NCBI RefSeq assembly: GCF_001194135.2
Contig: NC_068982.1
Coordinates: forward strand, 74,640,934 to 74,676,668
Length of the DNA stretch: 35,735 nt
Source: Octopus bimaculoides
Lineage: Eukaryota
Reading direction: 5' to 3'
The translations under genes were made by a program, and so were the position numbers. The notes beneath the pieces are model-generated. The model ran no database searches. It had not been told where the DNA came from and saw only the letters and a list, made by a program, of their open reading frames with translations. This document shows positions 23,611 to 34,091 of the stretch, in pieces; position 1 is the stretch's first letter; the number at the start of each line of letters is the position of its first letter.

Positions 23611-23880
23611 GTATGTGTGTGTGTATACATATATATATATATACGTAGACACATACTTATATAAATATGTATATATCGAGGCACTCTGTCAGTTACGACG
23701 ACAAGGTTCCACACATATACATATATGAGAGGCTTCTTACAATTTCTGTCAACCAAATCTACTCACAAGGGTTTAGTTCGCCCATAGTTATAATAAAAGA
23801 AACTTGCCTAAAGTGCCATGCAATAGAACTAAACCTGGAACCATGTGGTTAGGAAGCAAAACTGCTTACCACACAGTCAC
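22983..23880 (-). mobile_element. SINE family A stretched by an expanded internal microsatellite and gap N 23115-23236
   Basis: Tail part at 22983-23100 (ttcagtcattggactgtggtcatgttggggcaccacc) and head part at ~23690-23880 (caccaaatctactcacaagg..ggaaccatgtggttaggaagcaaactgcttaccacacag). About 450 bp of TATG/TA repeats lie between them. Confidence 0.75.
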
Positions 23881-24054
23881 AAACCATGGCTGCATGGAAA
23901 GCAGATATAAGAATTACAGTCACACACACAGACCTGATATTTCTCAGGGTTTCATCTCTGTAGACTTGAGGTAACTTGAGGGAACCACCTGTAAACAAAT
24001 ATCTTCTGAGAATTGTATAAACCTTTTTTACAGAGGGACAGCCTGCAAGAGAAA

Positions 24055-24250
24055 TGTTAACAATGAGCTTGTCAATGATTTCAGCATGAAGGTTGTGTCT
24101 CATTAGGGTTCAGTCCTCCAAGCCATAACAGAACAGTTTAAGATCAGTTGAGCACATGAATTCCTATATGCTGAGGAATCAGTTCATATGGCTGAATCTT
24201 TTGTAGAGTTAGAGAATCAAAAGGTTATAAAGTAAACTTCACAAAGGCAT
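24055..24250 (+). mobile_element. Very decayed RTE reverse-transcriptase fragment (RT domains 4-5)
   Basis: DFSMKVVSH*GSVL..QAITEQFK..HEFLYAEE..MAES..ELE is equivalent to EFSVKVGVHQGSVLSP..QAITEEFK..WELLYADD. Confidence 0.65.
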
Positions 24251-24261
24251 GTTGTTCAACA

Positions 24262-24480
24262 ACATGGTGTTGGGTTCAATCCCACTGCACAACAACTTGG
24301 GCAGGTGTTCCCTGCAATGGCCCTGGAATAACCAATACCTTGTGAGTGATGTTGGTAGATGGAAACTGTGTGGAAAATTGTTGTGTGTGTGTGTGAGATA
24401 GACGGAGTCTTTGCGTCGCTGTTTGCCACCCCATCACTGCTTGACTATCTGTGTTGGTATATCTTCGTCACTCATTACAT
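24262..24480 (+). mobile_element. SINE family A, 5' part, diverged
   Basis: catggtgttgggttcaatcccactgcacaacaacttgggcagg..ccttgtgagtg..ggtagatggaaactg. Confidence 0.75.
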
Positions 24481-24657
24481 TGTGATGGGAGAGAGAAACT
24501 AAGGCAGCTACATGCTGGAAAGAAAAGTACAGAAAGAGAGAATGACTGTGTGTGATGGAGAATCATAGAAATGCTTGGTGGTAAGAGAGTGGGATGGATG
24601 TCAATAAGATGTGACCAAGCGGAGAAGAATGGAGATTAGCAGCATAGAAGGGTAATA

Positions 24658-24879
24658 CTGATTTCAGATTCAAACTGTGACACAAGGCCAGCAATATTAG
24701 GGGAGGGATTCAGTCAATTACATCAATCCCAGTAGTCAACTGGTACTTATTTTATCAACCCTAAAAGGATGAAAGGCAAAGGCAAACTCAGTGGAATTTG
24801 AACTCAGAATGTGAAGACAGACGAAATGCCACCTAGCATTGCACCCAGTGTGCTCAAGATTCTACCAGCTCACTACCTT
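24658..24879 (-). mobile_element. SINE family C with a perfect 14-bp target-site duplication
   Basis: atagaagggtaata at 24644-24657 and 24880-24893 flank a body containing tttatcaaccctaaaaggatgaaaggcaaa..gaatttgaactcagaa. Confidence 0.85.
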
Positions 24880-25199
24880 ATAGAAGGGTAATATTAGCCA
24901 GTAAAAAGGATGTTGAATATCAATAAAGGAGTTGCTTGTGGTGGTGAAGGAATTTTGTTGACAAGCAGAACATAAGAGTAAGAAGAGTGTTAATTAGTAG
25001 TTATAAAGGTATAGGATACTTAAAGATACAATGCAGTCACTAATCACTCAAGCATCAGAATTCAGAAGGAAACAAGTGGAACCAATCAGATTATTTGTGC
25101 CTTCAGTTTTCAAATACAATTTTTCTTTGGTGATCTGTGCATCTTTTTCTAAATTCATGCAAATGATCTCAAAACACTGTTGCACCCTATATACAAATA

Positions 25200-25231
25200 C
25201 ATACACACATATCAACCTACATACACACACA

Positions 25232-25309
<78 letters not shown>

Positions 25310-25480
25310 NNNNNNNNNNNNNNNNNNNNNNNNNNNNNNNNNNNNNNNNNNNNNNNNNNNNNNNNNNNNNNNNNNNNNNNNNNNNNNNNNNNNNNNNNNN
25401 NNNNNNNNNNNNNNNNNNNNNNNNNNNNNNNNNNNNNNNNNNNNNNNNNNCACACACACACACATATATATATATCCATA
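25200..25480. repeat. (CA)n(TA)n microsatellite and gap N 25310-25450
   Basis: Read directly from sequence. Confidence 0.95.
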
Positions 25481-25484
25481 TACA

Positions 25485-26190
25485 CAGGGTGCAGTAAATA
25501 AACTGTTGTCTAAATTACACAAAGAAAAAAAATAACATTGACATCTCATTTTAACAGATATACTTACCAAAATTACATAAAAATATCTTGAAATACTAAA
25601 GAGTAAATTTATTCAATAAAATCACTATTGCCTTCACCCATGGCTTCCAAACAACTTCGGAAACTCCTGCAACTCTTCTGAATGGTCTCCTTGTTTAAGT
25701 TGGTGAATGCTACCATAATCCTTGCCTTCAGTTCATCTTTGATGTTACAAGGAGTTTTATTAATCTCTCATTCAACTGCTCCCCACACATAATAATCAAG
25801 GGCGTTGCAGTATGGGGAGTTAGGTGACCAGATGTTAGGGGTTATGTGGTCGCAGAAATTGTCTGTCAGCAATGACTGGGTTCCCCTGCTTGTGTGGTAT
25901 GATGCAGAGCCCTGTTGCCAGCAGCCACCCTCTTGACCCAGGGCAGCACTACCTCCTCCAGGCACTTGATGTAGGCCTCCATGTTGAGTCTGAGGCCATG
26001 TGGGATGATAAACAGAAGCATAATGTTGCCATCTCTAGTGATCTACCCAAACACCATGATATTGACTGGATGTTTGATTTTTATCACTCTTGGTACATGT
26101 TCTCAGATTAACACCAAACACTCTGAAATGTTTGTATTGGAGCTTCCAGCCTGAATGCCAAGCAGTACTGCATGTCATTTTCAAATTTTT
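25485..26190 (-). mobile_element. Internally deleted Tc1/mariner-superfamily element, DD37D (maT-like) transposase pseudogene
   Basis: Minus strand reads HAVLLGIQAGSSNTNISECLGVNLRT joined to VPRVIKIKHPVNIMVFG*ITRDG..LEEVVLPW..QQGSASYHTS..WSPNSPYCNALDYYVWGAVE*E..ELKARI..CRSFRSCLEAM. There are 37 residues between the QQ(D) position and LD. A TIR-like CAGGGTG lies at 25485. Confidence 0.85.
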
Positions 26191-26612
26191 AGCTGAGTGA
26201 ATTGCATCATGATCGTTACCATATATATATATGCATTCACCATGAAGGTATCCTGCACTAGCTCTGCTAATTTAGAGCAGCTTATGCATCGCATAAACAA
26301 TAGCAAAATGTGGCAACGGTTCAATAACGCACCTACTGGATCTAGCATAAATTTGCATCTAAATATCTACCAAGGAGATGTAAACCGTGTTGATAATCAT
26401 CAACTTTGTCCAATTTGTAGTAGCAGAGATACTCATGTTACAGCTAGCACAATAACAGCGCCAGTAAATGGAGTCGGGACTGCCTTATATACAAATAAAT
26501 ATGATAAATGCTCATGCTGAGATAAATCAAAATGTCCTTTGATGAGTCTCTGTATGAGTACAAATCTTTTATACAAATGTACCGTGCACACAAGGGGAGG
26601 GCCCTATGTTTA

Positions 26613-28027
26613 CATCATTATCATCATCATCATTTAACGTCCGCTTTCCATGCTAGCATGGGTTGGACGATTTGACTGAGGACTGGTGAATCAGATGGCT
26701 ACACCAGGCTCCAATCTGATTTGGCAGAGTTTCTACAGCTGGATGCCCTTCCTAACGCCAACCACTCCAAGAGTGTAGTGGGTGCTTTTACGTGCTACCG
26801 ACACGAAGGCCAGTCAGGTGGTACTGGCAACGGCCATGTTCAAATGGTGTTTTTTACATGCTACCTGCACAGGAGTCAGTCCAGCGGCTCTGGCAACGAC
26901 CTCGCTCGAATGTTTTGTTCACATGCCACCGACACAATTGCTAGTAAGGCGACACTGGTAACGATCATGCTGAAATGGTGCTTCTTACGTGCCACTGCCA
27001 CGGAAGCCAGACTTATGCTCTGGCAGTGATCCCACTCAGATGGTGCTGTTAGCGCTCCACTGGCATGGGTACTAGTCATCAAATTTGGTTCAGTTACGAT
27101 TTCACTTGCCCCAACAGGTCTTTGCAAACAGAGTTTAGTGTCCAATGAAGGAAGGTTGGCATGGGTGCCAGTCATCGAATTTGGTTCGATTTTGATTTCA
27201 CTTGCCACAGGTCTTCGCAAGCAGGGTTTTGTGTCCAAAGAAGGAAAGGTACGCATAAATGGGCTGGCTACAACCCTGGTAAAGGCCACAGGTTATGGTT
27301 TCACTTGCCTTGCCAGGTCTTCTCACGCACAGCATATTTCCAAAGGTCTCGGTCACAAGTCATTGCCTCAGTGAGGCCTAATGTTCGAAGGTCGTGCTTC
27401 ACCACCTTGTCTCAGGGCTTCCTGGGTCTACCTCTTCCACAGGTACCCTCAACCGCTAGGCTGTGGCACTTTTTCCACACAGCTATCCTCATCCATTCTC
27501 GCCAAATGACCATACCAGCGCAATCGTCTCTCTTGCACACCACAACTGATGCTTCTTAGGTCCAACTTTTCTCTCAAGGTACTTAGAGTCTGTCAAGTAT
27601 GCACACTGACATTACACATCCACTGGAGCATACTGGCTTCATTTCTTGCGAGCTTACACATGTCCTCAGCAGTCATGGCCCATGCATGGCTGTTCGTACA
27701 CATGCGTCATACAGTCTGCCTTTTACTCTGAGTGAGAGGCCCTTTGTCACCAGCAGAGGTAAGAGCTCTCTGAACTTTGCTCAGGCTATTCTTATTCTTG
27801 GAGCTACACTTTCAGTGCACCCTCTCCTGCTACTGACTTGGTCACCTATGTAACGGAAGCTATCAACTACTTCTAGTTTTTCTCCCTGGAATGTGGCAGA
27901 AATTGTTCTCTGCACATTTTCATTGTTTGTTGCTACTGAGTATCTGCTCCATACAAAAACTATCTTGCTAGTTAGCCTTCCTTTGAAATTGCTGCAGCTC
28001 TTGTGTCCATAGCTTACACTGGGTACA
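26613..28027 (-). mobile_element. 5'-truncated RTE LINE: ORF2 remnant (28027 to stop at 27301-27303), ~690-bp 3' UTR and (GAT)n tail
   Basis: Minus strand reads QCKLWTHKSCS..EKLEVVDSFRYIGD..RIRIA*AKFRELLPLL..SLRVKGRLYDACVRTAM..ERRLRWYGHLARM..GRGRPRK..DRDLWKYAV, and the element ends cggacgttaaatgatgatgatg. Confidence 0.92.
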
Positions 28028-28052
28028 ATATATATATATACATATATATATA

Positions 28053-28572
28053 CTAGCAGAGATACCCGGTGTTACCCGTGTTACATGCAATTGAAGAATG
28101 AGACTTTTCTGTAAGGAACTGGAATACATATGATTTGAATTTCATCAAAATTGCACATGAGGGTTTTTTCCCTCTTTACACACCCTAGAAAAATTCTAAT
28201 CATGAGACATGTATCCCATACTATTGATCTTTATGCGCATATTCCAAAATTTCAGTCATCTCACCTGTATAAAGAATTTTGCTCCTGAAATATGGAGCTC
28301 ATGGAGCTCTAAAATGTGGGAATGAAGGCCCCTATTGGGGGTAGGGGTGTTAATGTCAACCAGAGAAGCTGAATTGTTGGGAATGTTTTTAACTTGGGTC
28401 TTATAGTATGCCTGTATATATGTAAGAGTATAGTTTCACTTTAATAGTTTCAGTATGAAATTGAAAGTATTTGAAATTACAGTAGCGACATGTTATTGTT
28501 TCACTTTTGACACGTAATACTGAAATAGTGGAATAGTTTCAGTGTTAAAGTGAAAGTATCTGACATTACAGT
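28053..28572 (-). mobile_element. 3' end of a non-autonomous Helitron-like element, running into gap N 28573-29399
   Basis: Minus strand ends cacgggtaacaccgggtatctctg-CTAG then T, i.e. a degenerate GC hairpin ~10 nt before a terminal CTAG at a T target. The interior has caaaatttca-type motifs and short internal repeats. Confidence 0.55.
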
Positions 28573-29584
28573 NNNNNNNNNNNNNNNNNNNNNNNNNNNN
28601 NNNNNNNNNNNNNNNNNNNNNNNNNNNNNNNNNNNNNNNNNNNNNNNNNNNNNNNNNNNNNNNNNNNNNNNNNNNNNNNNNNNNNNNNNNNNNNNNNNNN
28701 NNNNNNNNNNNNNNNNNNNNNNNNNNNNNNNNNNNNNNNNNNNNNNNNNNNNNNNNNNNNNNNNNNNNNNNNNNNNNNNNNNNNNNNNNNNNNNNNNNNN
28801 NNNNNNNNNNNNNNNNNNNNNNNNNNNNNNNNNNNNNNNNNNNNNNNNNNNNNNNNNNNNNNNNNNNNNNNNNNNNNNNNNNNNNNNNNNNNNNNNNNNN
28901 NNNNNNNNNNNNNNNNNNNNNNNNNNNNNNNNNNNNNNNNNNNNNNNNNNNNNNNNNNNNNNNNNNNNNNNNNNNNNNNNNNNNNNNNNNNNNNNNNNNN
29001 NNNNNNNNNNNNNNNNNNNNNNNNNNNNNNNNNNNNNNNNNNNNNNNNNNNNNNNNNNNNNNNNNNNNNNNNNNNNNNNNNNNNNNNNNNNNNNNNNNNN
29101 NNNNNNNNNNNNNNNNNNNNNNNNNNNNNNNNNNNNNNNNNNNNNNNNNNNNNNNNNNNNNNNNNNNNNNNNNNNNNNNNNNNNNNNNNNNNNNNNNNNN
29201 NNNNNNNNNNNNNNNNNNNNNNNNNNNNNNNNNNNNNNNNNNNNNNNNNNNNNNNNNNNNNNNNNNNNNNNNNNNNNNNNNNNNNNNNNNNNNNNNNNNN
29301 NNNNNNNNNNNNNNNNNNNNNNNNNNNNNNNNNNNNNNNNNNNNNNNNNNNNNNNNNNNNNNNNNNNNNNNNNNNNNNNNNNNNNNNNNNNNNNNNNNNT
29401 ATATATATATATATATACATGTCAATTCATGATCCAATACCAATTACAGATCCAGCATAAGGATGATTCTAGGTATGGTATAAGATCACAAATGGATTTT
29501 AATGATTCACAACAGCTGTTTCAGCAGCAATTTTTTTATTGATGAATAAATCGACTACATTGATCAATGCCTTGATAAAGAACT

Positions 29585-29836
29585 GCTGCCAAGGTAGCTG
29601 TTATGAACCTTTAACCAGCTTCCCCTCTCCACACTACCGATGTTATCCAAGAGAAAGGCAAAGGCTGATACTGCTGGGCACCAGTGACACTGCAACTCAT
29701 TTCTACAGCTGAGTGAACTGGAGCAATGTGAAATAAATTGTCTTCCTCAAGGGTACTATACACAGGCCGGTCCAGGAATCAAACTCACTACCTCATGATT
29801 GTGAAGCCAATACTCTAACCACTGAACCATGTGCCT
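29585..29836 (-). mobile_element. tRNA-derived CORE-like SINE, family D
   Basis: Minus strand has head ggcacatggttcagtggttagag..gagtttgattcctgg, then cccttgaggaagacaatttatttcacattgctccagttcactcagctgtagaaatgagt, which resembles a CORE domain. Confidence 0.8.
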
Positions 29837-29850
29837 ATATATATATATAT

Positions 29851-30176
29851 NNNNNNNNNNNNNNNNNNNNNNNNNNNNNNNNNNNNNNNNNNNNNNNNNN
29901 NNNNNNNNNNNNNNNNNNNNNNNNNNNNNNNNNNNNNNNNNNNNNNNNNNNNNNNNNNNNNNNNNNNNNNNNNNNNNNNNNNNNNNNNNNNNNNNNNNNN
30001 NNNNNNNNNNNNNNNNNNNNNNNNNNNNNNNNNNNNNNNNNNNNNNNNNNNNNNNNNNNNNNNNNNNNNNNNNNNNNNNNNNNNNNNNNNNNNNNNNNNN
30101 NNNNNNNNNNNNNNNNNNNNNNNNNNNNNNNNNNNNNNNNNNNNNNNNNNNNNNNNNNNNNNNNNNNNNNNNNNNN
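29851..30176. other. Assembly gap
   Basis: N-run. Confidence 0.98.
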
Positions 30177-30639
30177 TTGTCTTCCTGTCTTGTTTTCTTT
30201 TCCGTTTGTTTTCCTGTCTTGTTTTCTGTCCGCCACTACATTCCTCCATGGTACAAATTTAATTTGTGTATACAAATTTAATTTGTGGTCCGTGGGAAGA
30301 GCCATTTTAATGATGTGTCCTGCCCTAACTCTTCGAAACGCCTGTGTTAGAATGGGGGCAGCTGATGAAGGAAAATGTTCTCTATGTGGCCTGTGTGTTT
30401 TTTGAACTCTGGTTATAATTATTTTTTTGTCTACGTTTTGTTTGCAATGTCCTGTACTCAGATATGCACCTATATATACAGGTAGATGTAGGTATGCACA
30501 TACTTGTACGTATATATGCATATACTCATTTATTATTTGTTATATATATATATATATATATACATCATACACAAACACTCTTGTGTGAGTGTATACATTC
30601 CCTAATGCTACAGGTACAAAGCCAAGTCTTTTATCATGC

Positions 30640-30975
30640 TTACCGTTCTTCATCGATTGCTTCATCCCCTACAGACATTCAAGATTGCCATCAGGTACCC
30701 CAACTACCTTTGATCTCTTTCTCACCTCCCAATCTAACCTATACCAAACACCCAAAACTGTCTCTGCAACTATCATGTCACCCAGCTGCTGCCTCCTCGC
30801 CATCATCCAACACACATCCACATACACCACAACAACAATTACACTGCATCCTATGGTACCTCGAGTCACTTCAGAGTCAGAGCTCCACCAGTTTTACGTC
30901 ATCCACACCTGGCAGTGTGCATGTAATTCATTCCTGACCCGTCAGAAACAGCTAGTGAAGGTGATTGAAACTGTC
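30640..30975 (+). mobile_element. Possible decayed AP-endonuclease C-terminal region of a non-LTR retrotransposon (CR1/L2/Jockey group)
   Basis: FIPYRHSRLPSGTPTTFDLFLTSQSNLY resembles the PTRIP...G....LDLFLTS.P..Y motif, with LWY and DPS..VI remnants in shifted frames. Confidence 0.4.
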
Positions 30976-30992
30976 CCACCACATCTCAGTCC

Positions 30993-31213
30993 TCATCGTG
31001 ATCGTCGTTGTCATCACCATCGTCGTCATCGTCATCATTGTCATCATGATCGTCGTCGCTGTCGTCGTCGTGGTCATCATTATCATCATCATCTTCTACG
31101 TCATCAACTTATCATCATTGTCATCATCGTGGTCGTCATGTCGCCATTGTCATTATCATCACCATCGTCGTCATCATCCCCATCATCATCATCACTTCCA
31201 CCATCATCATTAT
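30993..31213. repeat. Degenerate (CAT/CGT)n trinucleotide repeat
   Basis: Read directly from sequence. Confidence 0.9.
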
Positions 31214-31584
31214 AATCTCGGTCTTTTTATGTGTGTGCAGGTGTGCGCACGCGCGTCCCTTCCACTAATGTCCGTGTTTCCATTCTAGTGCAATTGCATG
31301 GCAATCTATTTTAGGCAAGATATTATGGCCGGATGCTCCTCTGAATCATGATTTTCCGGGGAAGTCAGGTACTTGAAATAAGATCTGACTATAGTTTCTC
31401 TGTTCTCACACACACTACCCTCACACACGTGTGTGTGTGTGTTCTCTTCCAAGATGGAGACGAGCACCAACGTTCCCATGTGACAGGTTTGATAATTGTT
31501 CAGAGATTTCTCTCTACATGAAACCATTGGTAGCATTGTTAACCCACAAAAAAATTGAAATAAAATAAAATATGTATATGTATG

Positions 31585-31770
31585 TATGTGTGTGTGTGTA
31601 CATATATATGTATATACTTATATACACACACACACACACACACGACGGGTTTCATCTACCAAATTCACAACAAAGCTTTGGTTGGTCTGGGTTATAGTAG
31701 ATGGCACTTGCCCATGGTGCTACACAGTGAGAACGAACCCAAAACTGCGTCTATAGTTTCCAAAATGCTT
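31585..31770 (-). mobile_element. SINE family A head part with internal microsatellite
   Basis: cacgacgggtttcatctaccaaattcacaacaaagctttggttgg..cacttgcccatggtgc..gaacccaaaac. Confidence 0.7.
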
Positions 31771-31779
31771 AAACGTTGA

Positions 31780-32110
31780 CAAGCTTTGAGTCCCTACAAC
31801 AGCTGCATAGAGCTCTTACAAATTCATTGCCCGATGGTTCATGCTTAGACTTTAAATACAACATTTATGCCACTACTGCTAATATTTTGGATTCCAAATA
31901 CGAAGATTGGTTCGATAATTTACCTCAGAACTATCAGATCTTCGAGACATCGAGATTAATTTTCACTTGAAACTGTCCGTTCCTAATTTACCTGGTGGAA
32001 AACGTTTGAAGACAGATGAATTGTAGAATTACCGTAAATTAGCTTTGCAGAGAGAACTGTAGACCATGAAGAGTACATGGTGACTAAGCCTTCTCAGGTA
32101 TTCAACTGGC
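31780..32110 (+). mobile_element. Decayed RTE (BovB-like) endonuclease-RT linker fragment
   Basis: DFKYNIYATTANIL..KYEDWFD (cf. KHQDWFD) and QREL*TMKSTW (cf. QRELR.MKN.WW). Confidence 0.5.
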
Positions 32111-32379
32111 CTGCGATAAAAAAGAAAAAGAACTAAAACATTACAGAATTTCTTAAAACGGATATTTGGTCATCACCAATCGCCTACTACTTCTTTCTGA
32201 TCCAATCACCTACTGCTTTTTTTTCAGAATCACTTTAATTAGTGATTCTGAAAGCATTCTGAAGAGCTGTTTAGAGAATTGCAAAGATCTTCTTCACAAG
32301 CTATCTCCATAAAATGAAAATTCTATAAAAACCTAGAGTAGCACGATGTTATAGAAAATATGGATTATGATCCCAACTT

Positions 32380-32830
32380 AGGTTTTTGTGCTTTTAATGA
32401 AAATGGATTTTCAATACAACAGTTGATGAGCATACTTTTGGACACAAAAGACGGCAGTGTGCTCCGTTGGTTTTGTATGTATATAAGCATCCAGTGTTGG
32501 TCTTCTAATGTGTGATCTTTCATGGACAAGACCGGCTTTTGAAAGCATAACGGGGCCACAGGTAATGCGAATGAGATCACCTCTGAAACTTCAATCATAC
32601 AGAACTTCACATCCTGCAGATTTCGGGCCTTATGTTTCTCTATTTAATGAGCAATTTGATTTTTCTTAAACTGCTGGCTAATCTTCTTATGTAAAATCAT
32701 CATTCGCTGCTGTTCAATGTGCAATGTCCCAAAATATCAGTTTAAGAACTTAAGGTTGTATTTTGTGAGCTCATGAAATCTCTTTTTGTTGAGTTGTGCT
32801 GGGGACGCCTATATAAAAGTAATTACTTCG
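32380..32830 (-). mobile_element. Older copy of the zinc-finger-tailed RTE 3' end
   Basis: Minus strand, with frameshifts, reads RRPQHNSTKR.F, FKKNQIAH*IEKHKAR, TCG..LSKAGLVHERSH and CRL...KVCSSTVVLKIHF, homologous to 640-1258. Confidence 0.6.
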
Positions 32831-33194
32831 GAAGTCTGAAGATGGATGACGTAACAAACTCATGGAATTCTTACCTTCTCGTTTTTCTGCATATTGCTCA
32901 CAGCCATTTCTTTGACTGTAGCAGATTTTAGCCTTCCTTCCTACTTACAAATATTTTAGCTTTCGCTTAGTTTACTTTCAAGCTGCTCTTTTTTTTAGGT
33001 TTTGCTTCCACGTCTGAATTTTTTTCTCTAATTCTACTACATATTTATTTATAAGAAGTAGTTAGTCAGCATACAAGAATAACCATTGATAGCCAACCTT
33101 AAACGCCTCTGTTATGGCCTGGAAGACTATGATAAGCAGAAGACTGAGAACTGCGCCCTGGTGGATTCCAACCTTCACGCTAAATTCATCGTTG

Positions 33195-33865
33195 TGTAAC
33201 AAAAGTGATTTACTCTGTCATTATGTGTGAGATGTTTTCGTTTTGATTCATCTAGGCTTAAATATGTTTTGATTCATCTAGGCTTAAATATCCGAATATC
33301 GGCTAAACAAGCCTTTTCTTTCCAGCAGGTCACATGACCTCGTGATTAAACGAACCTATTGTTTGTATTGGTTATTTTCCCGCCGTCCAGTAGTGTTGGC
33401 GCAACAGTTTGTTTTTCCTTACGCGTGAAATTACTCACCACCTCTGGAAGCCTATTGATTTCTATAAGAACAGCAGTTCTCGACCGCTCTAGGTCTTTGG
33501 TACCCACCACTGACTACAACGCAACTCGTCTCCGGCAATGATGTATCTGACACCAGCCAGTCTCCGCTTTCATCTTCACCAGATGTCTGTCTACATCGTG
33601 TATTGTATGAAGACCACACGACCAACAGACCAACGGCTGCCTCTACACACTACCAAACAGTACGTCAACTATGTCTACGAGATCAACAGTCCAGCTTAAC
33701 CACGAAGTCTTTCACACATCTTTGTTGTGATCTGTTATGTTATTTTATTTCATATATGGCAATCATTGTATTTTATAACGGAGAATAAATTGTCGCTTAC
33801 CAGTTCACTTTATCTCAAGATATATATCCTTTCCACATTTCCCTCATTTAACATCTTCGTATTCA
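33195..33865 (+). mobile_element. Probable solo LTR (671 bp)
   Basis: TGTAAC...TATTCA termini with flanks GTTG/GCTG (4-bp TSD, one mismatch). Removing it restores the RTE codons EYS-DEF. A TATA-like ctataag (~33463) and AATAAA (~33785) are in LTR order. Confidence 0.6.
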
Positions 33866-34091
33866 GCTGTATTCATTATTTGCTCTCCTCTTACTGACTA
33901 CTCCTCTGTACATGGCTTGCACAGATCTACCTCTGTCGTCTTTACAAAGTGTTCCACTTTCTTGAAGCTCTTCTTTAGGCCGATAAATGCTAGGTATAGC
34001 TGTTTACTCCTAGCTAAGCACTTCTTTGCGATCGTCTCACTAGGAAGAAAGTACAGTGGTACCTCTTTCACACATAAATTGTTATATGGAC

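Noticed and set aside
26781-27060. CRISPR-like regular repeats with variable interiors
   Set aside because: The repeats are degenerate, have no discrete unique spacers or cas genes, and lie within a eukaryotic LINE 3' UTR.
26721-27853. Several 60-137 aa ORFs on both strands
   Set aside because: They are alternative-frame or antisense reads of the RTE LINE and its UTR.
30589-31288. His/Arg-rich ORFs suggesting a metal-binding protein
   Set aside because: Fully explained by a degenerate (CAT/CGT)n microsatellite joined to a LINE relic.
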